A stretch of DNA of 64,000 nt from Macrostomum lignano (taxonomy: Eukaryota), in contig NIVC01002659.1 in the NCBI GenBank assembly GCA_002269645.1, positions 81,960 to 145,959 on the forward strand. Direction: 5' to 3'. Shown here in pieces: positions 52,215-64,000 of the stretch; the stretch's first letter is position 1, and every line of letters begins with the position of its first letter. Position numbers and translations under genes: made by a program. The notes under the pieces were generated by a model. It had not been told where the DNA came from and ran no database searches. It was given only the letters and a program-made list of their open reading frames with translations.

Positions 52215-52790
52215 GCCGATTAGCCGAGTCCCGACTGGCCGAATCCCGATTAGCCGAGTCCCGACTGGCCGAATCTTGACTGGCCGAATCCCTATTAGCT
52301 GAGTCCCGACTGGCCGGATCCCGATTAGCCGAGTCCCGACTGGCCGAATCCCTATTAGCCAAGTCCCGACTGGCCGAATCCCGACTGGCCGAATCCCGAC
52401 TGGCCGAATCCCGACTGGCCGAATCCCGATTGGCCGAATCCCGACTGGCCGAATCTTGACTGGCCGAATCCCTATTAGCTGAGTCCCGACTGGCCGGATC
52501 CCGATTAGCCGAGTCCCGACTGGCCGAATCCCTATTAGCCAAGTCCCGACTGGCCGAATCCCTATTAGCCAAGTCCCGACTGGCCGAATCCCTATTAGCC
52601 AAGTCCCGACTGGCCGAATCCCTATTAGCCAAGTCCCGACTGGCCGAATCCCGACTGGCCGAATCCCGATTGGCCGAATCCCGACTGGCCGAATCCCGAT
52701 TGGCGGAATCCCTATTGGCCCATTTCAAGAATAGCCACTCGGCCAAAGATGCCGATTGGCCGAGTCGCCGATTCTTTACTTGTAGAATCC
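52215..52790. repeat. 15-bp minisatellite GCCGAATCCCGACTG between Translin and Lon
   Basis: Direct reading. Confidence 0.95.
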
Positions 52791-53294
52791 CCTGTTTGCC
52801 TATACCCGATACCTAGTTATTTCCATAGACATTTAAACAATAAAAACCGAATGTAGCTTTTTGCAGTCCATTTTGGCAAACAAACTCATAGAATTCCTTT
52901 TTAACCTAAGTTATGTTTGTCAAAGTAATGGAGCTTTTGTCTATGGTAGCAAGGCTGTCACAGCAGCACTTACTTTGGTCCATAGCAGCTATGAAGCCCA
53001 ATCATGAGGATTGTAGCAAAATCCTTTTGGTTTGACATGGAAGGTACATTTGGGTCAATCAGCTTGCAAAAATATTTTTATAATTCATCATGCCAGTTGC
53101 CAATATACATACAGGTGTGCTAATTTTAGTTTTTTTAAATCAAATACAAGAAACAACAGTTTAATATCTTCTTTTGTCAAAAAACAATGCATTTTACACT
53201 TTTCTCCATTTCATCTTTTAAGGCTGCAAAAGTGTCATCTTCAAATAATTCATAAAACAATTGTATATTGCATGTCATAGCTAAATCAATATTT

Positions 53295-56200
53295 ATGACT
53301 GCGCAGCCGAACAACAAGCCGGAAGAGGAAGCGGAATTGCCGGCGCTGATCATTGGCGGCGATGCCTGCATTTTGCCGTTTGAATTGGCGCGAATTCCCA
53401 TTGGCAACAGCCAGGATTGGTGAGTGTGCGCTAGCATGCTGCTGTTAGTAGTATGTTAGTCAGCCAAGTGTTAAAACTTGCATGCGAGTCAACTTTGACA
53501 ATTCATTTCAGCAAAGCTATTGCGGCTTCTTTGAAATTGGACGGGGCCAAACATCTCGTGGCTACTTTTACATCCCACGATGCTGATGACTCTGAGACTA
53601 AGGTTAGTATTCTTTGATTCAGGAAGGAAGGAAGGAAGTCAGTCAGACAGTCAGTCAGCCAGTCACTCAGCCAGTCAGCCACTCAGTCAGTCAGTGAGTC
53701 AGTCAGTCAGTCAGCCACTCAGTCAGCCACTCAGTCAGTCAGTCAGTCAGTCACTCAGTCAGTCAGTCAGCCACTCAGTCAGTCAGTGAGTCAGTCAGTC
53801 AGTCAGTCAGTCAGCCAGCCACTCAGTCAGCCACTCAGTCAGCCACTCAGTCAGCCACTCAGTCAGACAGTCAGCCAGCCAGTCAGTCAGTCAGCCAGTC
53901 AGTCAGTCAGTCAGTCAGTCAGTCAGACAGTCAGTCAGTCAGCCAATCAGCCACTCAGTCAGCCAATCAGTCAGACAGTCAGCCAGTCAGTCAGTCAGTC
54001 AGTCAGTCAGTCAGTCAGTCAGTCAGTCAGTCAGCCAGCCAGCCGCCTCCCGTTCCCGCAGCTGGCGGGCCGCATCGGCACGGTGTGCGCGGTGCAGCAG
54101 CTGCTCCTGCTGCCTAGCCCGTCGCTGGTGCTCCGCGGCCTCTCCCGGTGTCGTTTCCACGCCTGGGTCAGCGGCTCGAATTCGACGCAGGTCGGCCGCA
54201 GGTTTTTCTGGTCGCAACAGCCGCAGCAGCAGCAGTCGCCCCGGCGCGCCCGTGTCGCCATGCTGACTAGCGACGTCGAGGAAGTGGACGCGGAAGCCAC
54301 TGCTGAAGAGCTTCGCCAGCTGATCAGCCTCTGTCAACGTCTTGGCGTCCTTCGAGCTTCGCCTACTGCCGCGGCCGTTTCGGAGGCTGCTGCTGCAGCC
54401 GAGGACGCCAGTGATATCAAAGATGGCGAGAGAAAGCGACTGGCCAGTCAGCTGCCCGACCTTCTTGGCGGCCTGTTGTCGCTGAGCACCGAGCAGCGTT
54501 TGCGCCTTCTGGCGGCCACAACGCATCGAGAGAGGGCCGCAGTTCTGCTTCCAGTAAGCTGCGTTTTCGCGTTTTTTAAATCATGCTTTTAATCATAAAG
54601 GCACAATCTCAGTGAAGACACAATCTCAGTGAAGACACAATCTCAGTACAAACACAATCTCAGTACAGACACAATCTCAGTACAAACACAATCTCAGTAC
54701 AGACAATCTCAGTACAGACACAATCTCAGTACAGACAATCTCAGTACAGACAATCTCAGTACAGACAATCTCAGTACAGACAATCTCAGTACAGACAATC
54801 TCAGTACAGACACAATCTCAGTACAGACAATCTCAGTACAGACAATCTCAGTACAGACAATCTCAGTACAGACAATCTCAGTAGAGACACCAATCTCAGT
54901 GAAGACCCAATCTCAGAGAGACAATCTCAGTACAGACACAATCTCAGTGAAGACACAATCTCAGTGAAGACACAATCTCAGTGAAGACACAATCTCAGTG
55001 AAGACACAATCTCGGTGAAGACACAATCTCAGTGAAGACACAATCTCAGTGAAGACACAATCTGTAATGGAAATTCTTCCATTGCGCGCAGATTTTGCGC
55101 TCTCGACTTCGCGACAAGACGGGCGACGCAGCGGCCGCTAATTCGTCCTCGCCGACATCGTCACCCCGCGCCGGCGGCGGTCCGATCGGCGAGTTGGCGA
55201 GCCGCCTGGCGGCGGCCGACCTGCCAAAGGCGGCTTCTGAAGCCGCCAATCGAGAATTGGCCAGACTCCGCTCCATCACTAGCGGCGCTCAGCACCATCA
55301 TCCGGAGGCCGGGGTCATTCAGGTGCATTCTGTTGTTAAGCAATATTGTATGCACTTACTTTCAGCTGTTGGGGAGGCAACAAAGAAAGGAGTAAAAGTT
55401 TCTAAATAAACTGTATGTAGGTTTTGACCTTGCACAGTCACTATCGTTAATCTTTCAATGAAAACGATTCTTAAAGCTAAAAAGCATCCGCCATCTAGCC
55501 TGGGATATCAGCATACCCTATTAGCTTTAGCTCATAGCATCTGAGAAACCCTGCAGAAAAAGAATGTGAAGCGACATTTCTCTCGATAAGCTACACTATT
55601 CAGTAATATAAACCAAATAGCCTGAGTTTATAGCCTGAATTCAGTACTGGCAGAAGAATTTTAATTTTTTACTGTCTATCGTTGATTTTGCTTTTGCCAA
55701 CGCCAGACCTACTTGGAGACGCTGTTGGCACTGCCCTGGCGCCGACTCACTCCACCGGACGCCGGCCCGGCCACTATGGCCGACGCTCGACGCCTACTCG
55801 ACGCCGAGCACCACGGCCTGGCTAGCGTGAAGGAGCGAGTCCTGCAGTTCCTGGCCGTCAGGCGTCTCCGGCCGAGCCTCCGTCCGCCGCTCCTGTGCCT
55901 GGTGGCCCCGCCCGGCTGCGGCAAGACCTCCGTAGCCGGCAGCCTCGCCCGCTGTCTTGGCCGGCCGCTGCAACGCATCGCCCTAGGCGGCGTGGCCGAC
56001 CCGGCCGAGCTGCGCGGCCATCGTCGGACCTACGTAGGCGCCATGCCCGGCCGCTTGTTGGCGGCTGTTCGAGCGGCCGGGGTCCGCGATCCGGTGCTGC
56101 TGCTGGACGAGCTGGACAAGCTGGGCAGGCGCGGCATGCACGGCGACCCGTCCGCTACCCTGTTGGAAGCGTTGGACGCTGAGCAAAACTCCGCATTTGT

Positions 56201-59200
56201 GGATCATTACCTTGGCGTACCGTTCGACCTGAGCCAGGTGCTGTTTGTAGCCACAGCCAACACCATCGACTCGATACCGCCTGCTTTACTAGATAGATTC
56301 GAATTGGTTCACTTTGACCCGCTCAGCCGCTCTGATAAGGTAAATAAAATACTTCATTCTGGACGATACTGATGTCGGATAGTTTTCCGAATAATTATAT
56401 TTAGTCACGCAATGATTCAGCTTGCTTCTGTCGAATAAAAAAAGTAGAAGCTGGAGATCCGGGGATGAAGTCGCGTTGTGTGCTGGTTGGTTAATTAACT
56501 CTAATTAAGTTAATAATATAATTTATGCCATGCTTTTGACCATGACCATGTTAATAGCTCAATGAATATATGTAACGCGAAGTATTTGGCTGTGGAAGCG
56601 AGATGTACACTCACATACTAAAACATTGAAAGCAACGCAATATTCACATTAACCAACAATGGCGCACTCGCAAAACAGTCAACGACAAATTGAAGCCGGT
56701 TAATTTCCAAGCCGTCCGCTACCTTGGCTGCACGGAGACGCCATCGTCGTGTGCGAGGACTTCCGGTACCTCGGGTCGCTGGCAACGAGCCCGGACTCCA
56801 TCGTCTCTGACAGCCACGGCGCACCTCTTCAAAAACGTCTTTGACTCAGCTGCGAGGGACGGCCTGAAGGTGCGCCTCTTCCGCGCGGCCGTAAAGCTGA
56901 TCCACCTGTACGGCATGGAAGCGGTGCCGATTACCGACTCACGAGAGCGAGCCCTGGACGCCCTCTACAGGTCCCTGCTTGCAATACCGCGAGGGGTTGC
57001 CGTCCAGAGACCTGATGCCCCCGCGCCGGCGTTCCAGACCTGAGCGTCACCCTGCGCCGGCGCCGCCAGATGCTACTGGGTCACTGACTTCGAAGTCATG
57101 GTCGCGGCGACCAAGTCCCATTGGCGCTGGATCTCCTGCACCAGGCAACGGAGCGGAAGCACCATGACCAAGGGCTGTTTTGTGGCTGACTTGCAGGCTC
57201 TGGTTCTCAGCCCCCTGACCGCAGCCGTCTGCCCCTCCCGTCTGTGTTCGCGAGCGCGTGTGCGCTAGTGCCCAATCTATCTATCTAGTGGAGAAGATAA
57301 CTCCAGATTCGAAGTAACCAGTCTCTTTTTGAAGTTGACGTTGACAATCAACATCAGTAGAACCAGCGGCAAGACTTTCCGACACGGGCTGCATCGTCAG
57401 AATTGAAACTTGTCTCTCGTTCGACTTTCATAATAATCTGAACTACTAGTTGTCAGAGGTTGCAGAGAAGAAACCGTCTGCTTAGCCTTGGTTACCTTGC
57501 GAGCCATCATTCTATCGCTCGACGTCCATCTGCTCCTGGCCTGTAGCGCCTGAAAAACCGTCTGCCGTTTTGATGTTTCGCTGAGCATGGTTTTGCACTA
57601 GGCGCGTTATCTGTGCATATCTTCAGTGCAACCAGAGCATCAGACCTGCTTGTATAGAGCCCATAGCCATAGCTTCAGTATCACGGCCTTGTACCAATTG
57701 CTCTTCACGACTAAACCAACTGCCAGCTGAACTGATGAGGCAGGAAGCTCCGAAATATTTTCTAGCAATAGCCATCAATATCTGGCAGCTTTGACTTACT
57801 GCGGCTTCGCAAACGTGAGCCGGTCTATAAAATCAGTAGCTTCCCGTTGAAGACGATACCGTGACAAGATTCGCTAAAAGTTGCAGACAAATTTCTAGTG
57901 ACTCTGGCGACTCTGGGACAGATTTTGTGACTTTTTAACGACCAAACGCGTCTAATGCGACGAAGAGACGACTTTTGCGTCACGAGCGCGTCACGTCAGT
58001 GAAAGAGTCGTCCAAGAATCATTGTGCTGGCACTTAACTTTCGCTAGAGATGTGACTCTAATTCATCAAGCGACGCAAGTGACTCTGGCACGATGGCATA
58101 ACGACTCTGTGGCCGTAATTCGCTTCAAACACAACTCAGTGACTCTACAGCGACTCTAGCACGACTCAAGTAGGACTCGACGGCCCCAGAGTCACTTGCG
58201 TTGTTTCAGAGACGCATACAATAAAACACTTCAAAATGACTCTTGGGCGACTCTTTGACGACCTTTTGGCGACTTGCATCGCGACATCTCGTCGTTTTAG
58301 AGTCGTTTAAAAAGACTCTGAGACGCTTCTTGGCCTAAGCACCGCTTTCATCAAGATTCGTATATGCAGTGCAGTGACCGCAGCTCTCGTTCCTGTACAC
58401 TATAAGTGTGCCGCTCCCCCGACAGAATCCGGGGCGCGGGCGTCCGTCAGCAGGCAGTCGACGAAACCCCGAGTGGCTGTACTCGCGGGTAGGGTGCCTT
58501 CAGCGTTCGTAGAGCTCGTAGCCCAGTGGTCTAGCGCGGCGCTATTATGTGTCGGCGGCCCAGGCTCGATTCCAAGTGCAGGTACAAGGTATATTGATCT
58601 CGGGCTAAATTAGAATCTCCGTTTGGGTCTGCTCGTGCAATCAACGCCATTGAAAGCCAACCACCAAGACAAAGTAAAGTGTACATGCCTAACGTTAAAT
58701 AAAGTTATGTCCGCTGTACACTCCTGTGTGAGTGGGCGCCTTCTCAGGGAAGTCGGTAAAATGGGCAGTAATGCCTCTCGCCGGTTGTGTGACAATGTCG
58801 CTTAAAGTGCACCAGGGTGCACACAGCCCCCCTGTATGTACTGCCTGTAATGTTACCTCTTTTGCCAGAGGCTGTCTCCATGTACACTTCGAAGCGGGTC
58901 TATGTAAATCCTTTTGCGCTTAGATTGCTCACTTTTCCCGTCTCTCTCTCCCTGTCTTCCAGGTCCGCATCGCCACGGATCACCTGTTGCCAAAGCAGCT
59001 GAGCCAGCACGGTCTCGAGCCCGGCTCCGTGTTGCTAAGAGAAGCTGAACTGTTGCGCGTCATCGACGCCTACACTCGGGAGGCCGGGGTGCGCCAGCTG
59101 GAGCGTCGGCTGGCCCGCCTGTGCCGCCACACCGCCCTGCTGGCAGCGGAGGCCCCGCCTAGCGAGCCGCTACGCGTCGATGCCGACGTGCTGCGCCAAA

Positions 59201-60100
59201 TATTCGAAGAGGCCGACGGCGCCGATTGCCGGCCGACGCCGAGTCCGTACGAGCAGATGACGATGTCGGCGGCGAATTCCGGCGCGCCGTTGGAGCCCGG
59301 CGTCTGCCCGGTGCTGGCCGTGACACCTCACGGCGGCGAAGTCCTGCTGTTAGAGTGCGGCTGGACACTGGAGCCGGCTGTCGATGGCGGCGGGCAGACG
59401 ACGGACTTGGCGCCAGTCTGCACCGGACAGGTGAGTGACAGCTCTGCTGGATGTGGAGAACTTTTTTTACTCCATAAATTAACTTTATTACATTACACAA
59501 TTCCAGTTGCTCATTACAGAATCCTACTTGCTCATTACACAATCCCCAATTGCTCATTATACAATACCGCAGGTAGGCGAGGTCATGCGCGAGTCGGTAA
59601 CTCTGTGCATCAGCTGGCTCAGCTCCAGGCTCAACTCCCAGCTCCGTCGCAATCGCCGCCGTCTGCACGTACACTTCCCGTCTGGCGCTGTGCCAAAAGA
59701 CGGCACCTCGGCCGGTTTGCCGTTGGCCGCGGCGCTGACCTCCCTGGCCAGCGGCACCCCAGTCCGGGCTGGGGTCGCCCTGACTGGCGAGGTGACTCTC
59801 CGCGGCCGGGTGCTGGCGATCGGCGGCGTGCCGGCCAAGCTGGAGGCGGCCGCCCGGGCCGGCCTGCACTCGGTGGTGCTGCCGATGGCCAATCGGATTG
59901 AAGCAACTCGGACGGCTGGGCGGCTCGGCCTGGCCGGCCGCCTGCGGCTGCACTGCGTGGAAACTGTGGACCAGGCTCTGCGCTTTGCCCTGGAACCCCC
60001 CGCCGGGCATCGGGGCTTGGGCGACTGGCCAGCTTTGCCCATCAAAGATGAGGATTCCACAGAGGATAGGGAAGCCTTGACTGCTCGGCCGAAGCTTTGA
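53295..60100 (+). CDS. LONP2: Peroxisomal Lon protease; exons 53295-53419, 53512-53602, 54062-54553, 55092-55322, 55707-56339, 58963-59430, 59573-60100; 855 aa
   Basis: N-terminal LON domain; Walker A LVAPPGCGKTS; RGHRRTYVGAMPG; Walker B LLDELDK; protease PKDGTSAG (Ser) and IGGVPAKL (Lys); C-terminal PKL (PTS1-like). All six introns are GT-AG and in phase (2568 nt). Confidence 0.93.
53638..54040. repeat. (AGTC)n/(AGCC) microsatellite filling LONP2 intron 2
   Basis: Direct reading. Confidence 0.96.
54600..55062. repeat. 15/17-bp minisatellite (ACAATCTCAGTACAG / CACAATCTCAGTGAAGA) filling LONP2 intron 3
   Basis: Direct reading. Confidence 0.96.
56700..57285 (+). mobile_element. Decayed RTE-clade 3' fragment in LONP2 intron 5
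   Basis: Frameshifted peptides VCEDFRYLGS and LKVRLFRAAVKLIHLYGMEAVPITDSRERALDALYRSLL align with the C-terminal part of the RTE ORF at 16887-18758. Confidence 0.75.
57640..57860 (-). mobile_element. Possible hAT transposase C-terminal dimerisation remnant
   Basis: Minus frame LMAIARKYFGASCLISSAGSWFSREEQLVQGR resembles the hATC pattern LA.IARKYL...SS...ER.FS....V...R. Confidence 0.35.
57925..58320. repeat. ~400-bp imperfect fold-back palindrome built from GACTCT motifs
   Basis: Nested inverted pairs: 58073-58088/58186-58201 (perfect 16 bp), 58002-58023/58235-58256, 57929-57943/58301-58318; common centre ~58130. Confidence 0.8.
58512..58585 (+). mobile_element. tRNA-derived SINE head or tRNA pseudogene
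   Basis: A-box TAGCCCAGTGG and B-box-like GGCTCGATTCC at tRNA spacing; T- and anticodon stems are broken. Confidence 0.55.
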
Positions 60101-61139
60101 ATGTGCTGGCCACAGATACAATACTTCACTGCGCCTTGGGGAGGTTGGCTCTCAAGGCCGTTAATTGCACGAGCAGAGCCAAGCCGAGATTCCAATTAAG
60201 CTCCAAATTAATGTGACTGCACTTGGAATCGAGTCTGGGTCGCTGGCACACCAGAGCAGCTGCGCTACCGCTGGGCTACGGCCCCCCCCTTCACCTCTGA
60301 GAGTCCGCAGAGTTGGGCTGGGTGAGGAGGGATTGAGAAGAGCGGAGGGCGAAGATTGGATGGATTAAAGCTTCCGCCTGGTTTCATTGTTGTTTCAAGC
60401 GTTTTTTAAAGAGGAGAGAGGGCCAGCCCCCCCCCCCCAAGGCACAGAGTGTACATGCCTGGCGTTTAAAAAGTACGTACTCATGTCAGTGCGTGTTCCA
60501 GGCTGATGTACATTACGAATGCACTAATAGTGAATAACTAGCTAATTAGAGCTGGCTGCCAGCATCCAGAATAATTTTATTGCTCCCCCCCTTTAAGTGG
60601 GCCCAGTGAGTTTTCTTATCAGTTGGCTCTGGCGCAATCATTAAATCTATGATAGTTATCATTGTATCTTGATTGGAAAACCACTTTAATCACTGGATAT
60701 AATGAAATTCCATCAATATTTCGGCACTAATTGTTGGATCCTAATTTCTTTTCGTAATTAAAAAATAATTATTATAAAAACTGAGTTTTCAAAGATTTTT
60801 TGTTGGCGCTTATTGTCAAGTCGGAAGTCGGGCGCCTTTTGTAATTTAAATTCAATTTGTAATTAAAGCTTTGAAACGATTTCATTTTCATTGCAACTGT
60901 AATTAATGATTATCTGCGTTTTGAGAGATTTCTATTTTTAATTCTCGCGCATTGTGTGGCTTTTACACAACACGATTGTGTGTTGTGCAGACTTGATGCC
61001 AACTAATAGAAATCGTGTGCGACTTCCTAGATAAACACGCTGATTCTCCGTATTTTAGATGCGATTTTTATATTGATTGTAAGACTTCAATGCTTTCAAG
61101 TTCAATTAAATTGCTTGTTAACGAGCTTTCGCTCTTTGT

Positions 61140-61765
61140 TATTTAGACTCTGAGAGTGAGATTCTGAATTTCAGAGAGTGACTGCAGAGAGTGAGATTCT
61201 GAGAGTGACTGGAGAGACTGACATTCTAAGAGTGACTGGAGAGAGTGAGATTCTGAGAGTGACTGCAGAGAGTGAGATTCTGAGAGTGACTGCAGAGAGT
61301 GAAATTCTAAGAGTGACTGCAGAGAGTGAGATTCTGAGAGTGACTGCAGAGAGTAAGATTCTGAGAGTGGCTGCAGAGAGTAAGATTCTGAATTTTAGAG
61401 AGTGACTGCAGAGAGTGAGATTCTGAGAGTGGCTGCAGAGAGTGAGATTCTGAATTTCAGAGAGTGACTGCAGAGAGTGAGATTCTGAGAGTGGCTGCAG
61501 AGAGTAAGATTCTAAGAGTGACTGGAGAGAGTGAGATTCTAAGAGTGACTGGAGAGAGTGAGATTCTAAGAGTGACTGGAGAGAGTAAGATTCTGAGAGT
61601 GGCTGCAGAGAGTAAGATTCTGAATTTCAGAGAGTGACTGCAGAGAGTGAGATTCTGAGAGAGTCTGCAGAGAGTAAGATTCTGAATTTCAGAGTGAGAT
61701 TCTGAGAGTGGCTGCAGAGAGTGAGATTCTGAGAGAGTCTGCAGAGAGTGAGATTCTGAGAGTCG
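61140..61765. repeat. 27-bp minisatellite GAGAGTGACTGCAGAGAGTGAGATTCT
   Basis: Direct reading. Confidence 0.95.
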
Positions 61766-63679
61766 CTTCTACTTCTGAGAGCTACGCTCGTACTTCTTGG
61801 CCAATGTATCGAATGGGACTGGCCATAGACAGGAGTGTGCACTCGTCATTTCCTTTCCTGCTATTTCAACCATAGATAAATTCAATTATCAATACGGTTA
61901 CGCGAACTCGTAACCTTGGCACTTGAATTCTCGCTTCATATAACCTGCACTGGCAATGGGTCATGCACTCGCGATACGATAAATATGCGTTCCTCCGCCT
62001 CATTTCTAAGAAAACCGGGTGAGCGTCATTCTACTTCAGCTGTATGACCCATGCCTCTCCAGACGCTTCAGCTTATGGTGGGCCATGCGTGCTGAAAAAA
62101 ATCCCCATGCCAATCATCGAAAATTTCACGATCTCTTCCTTCCTTTTCTTCATCACTGCTGCTACCTTTTCTTTTTTTAAAGTCTGATGCCTCAGCTCCG
62201 TTTCCATTGTAGCTGGACCTAAGAAGAGCCATGGTGACTTACAGTTACACCTGAGTTAACTCTGCTTAATCACGAATAGGAGACAGAAAGCGGGGGTCCC
62301 ATTCAGGGTACCTGGTAAAAGTGCATGGATTCAAGCAGATTCAGACTATAGGGGTGGCAGATCTGCAGGTTCACTTTAGCTAATTGAATCTGTCTGCCGT
62401 TCTGTCTGCCTGTCCGTCAGATCATTGTTGAAATATGAGCAGGTTTGGCGCATCAAGTCGACTACGTTCAAACTGCACAGAGAAACGCTCGACGACTGCA
62501 TATACATTCACCTTGACTGGTACGATTTCTGAAAATTGCTTTTTTCGATGTATATTTTTCTCTCTTGACTTTGAAATGTGTATCGCGTCAGAAAATGTTT
62601 AAATTTAGTTTAAATAGTGTTATACTCTGGGCTGGTTTACAGAGTTGGTATGCGAGTGTTGTGTGTGTTTAATGGGAGTAGCGAATTAGGTGAATCTGGT
62701 AAACCAGCCCCCTTAAACGCTTTACCCTTGCACTGTCACACCGTGTATCTAAAAATAGAGTTCTAACTTGAGGATTAAGCCAGACGAGATTTTGGCTTAC
62801 AGTAGACAAAAAAATTAACACATCGGAACTAGAAGCCTCTCAAAGGTAGGTATGAACTCACGACAACCGGCCTTCTAAACCCTTTTTTAAGGTGTTACAC
62901 TCAGCCTTCTGTGAAATAAGCTCTTGATTAGACAGATCTGTGAAGACACGTTGAAGAAAGCTTGCCTTTTGATCCAACTTTCCTGGCAGTATTTCATCTC
63001 GCTAACAGGATTAGCCAGACCATATATCAGGTTAAGCAGAGTCAACCGTTGCACACTAAGGCTATAGCATGTCCTGTTCTTTCATCAAATTTTCCCATAG
63101 CCTGATCAAGACATTCGGCGCGGAAAATCACTCCACATTTGAACTAGAGAAATTCACGCCTGGATCAGTGAAAAAAATCTTTAGCAAGCTTATATAAGAC
63201 TCCGCAACCTAGTAATTAGAGACGCGTCTAAAAAGAACCCCAATAGTTGTTACTTCTGCTCGAAATATGCTCAACACTCCTCTGCCGCCCACTGTCTCTC
63301 TGTCTCTCCGTAATTTGGTTTTCTTCGACAAAAATAGACACAGCCAGGCCCAGGTTGCCATGCAGTGATTTATGAGGCTGGCCCGCCGGCTTTCCGCGTC
63401 GCTAGCGATTTTTCTTTCGACCTGAATGATACAATACCATCAGGCCGAGGACAAGGGTGTATTAGAAAGATCGGGAACTTCAACACGATTAACCTTGTTT
63501 AGACTTGAGTGGAAGTTCGTTTCTTGTATTGTATATAGTGAAACACGAATTTTTTCACTTTCCAGCAGAAGTTCCAAATTGTCAAAGTTTGGTTCATGGA
63601 CAACTGAGTTGGAATGATGCTACAGTCGGTTTTCTTAGAAATTGAGCTGGAGGCTGGTAAGGAGAGCGCGTATTTGTCG

Positions 63680-64000
63680 CATCGCTACAGAATCTGCGTA
63701 CGCTGCTCCAGCGCCTGGCCGCGATGTTCGACGCCATCGCTCTGGTTCCACCGCCAGCCACCATCAAGGGCCACCATCTACCACCGTTTCGTGCCCCACA
63801 TCGCCCGAGCCGACCGGTCAAAGCGGCTGGGTAGACGCCTCGGAGGCTTCAGACATCGTGGTCGGCGCGGCACTCGAGCAGCGAATTGTTGGCGATGCCT
63901 GAAAGTTGCTTGACTTCTTTTGCCCGCAACTCCCACTCGTTCGAGCAGAAGTACAGCGCCTTAGACCGCGAGCTGCTCGCGTTGTACCTGGCAGTCAGGC
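63680..64000 (+). mobile_element. Decayed Ty3/Gypsy pol fragment (RT end, connection, RNase H), running off the window
   Basis: LRTLLQRL, IYHRFVPHIA, (D)ASDIVVGAALEQ and EQKYSALDRELLALYLAVR, with an in-frame TGA and frameshifts. Confidence 0.85.

Noticed and set aside
63900-63902. In-frame TGA in Gypsy RNase H as programmed readthrough
   Set aside because: Accompanied by frameshifts and deletions; it is simple decay of a Trp codon.

Overview
Eukaryotic (animal) genomic DNA. GC-rich exons, homopolymeric amino-acid runs, TTTCAG acceptors and dense simple repeats resemble a free-living flatworm such as Macrostomum; this is an inference, not a database match. I reconstructed eight genes by hand with phase-consistent splice sites: an ankyrin-repeat gene (+), an 8-exon cAMP-receptor-like GPCR (-), a 3CxxC/RTP-like zinc-finger gene (+), intronless PPP1R3-type and TTLL7 genes (+), a slicer-type Argonaute (-), Translin (+, head-to-head with Argonaute) and peroxisomal Lon (+). 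Mobile DNA includes a 5'-truncated RTE retrotransposon with an intact ORF, LINE, RTE and Gypsy relics, and two non-autonomous DNA elements (908 bp and 62 bp) with shared CAAGGAC termini and 8-bp TSDs. Nearly every intron longer than 400 bp (11 of 12) holds its own tandem array. Many repeat units mimic splice signals on the host sense strand, and one is an amplification of the real exon/intron junction. GC-rich exons tend to sit next to these arrays. No CRISPR array or intact RNA gene was found.
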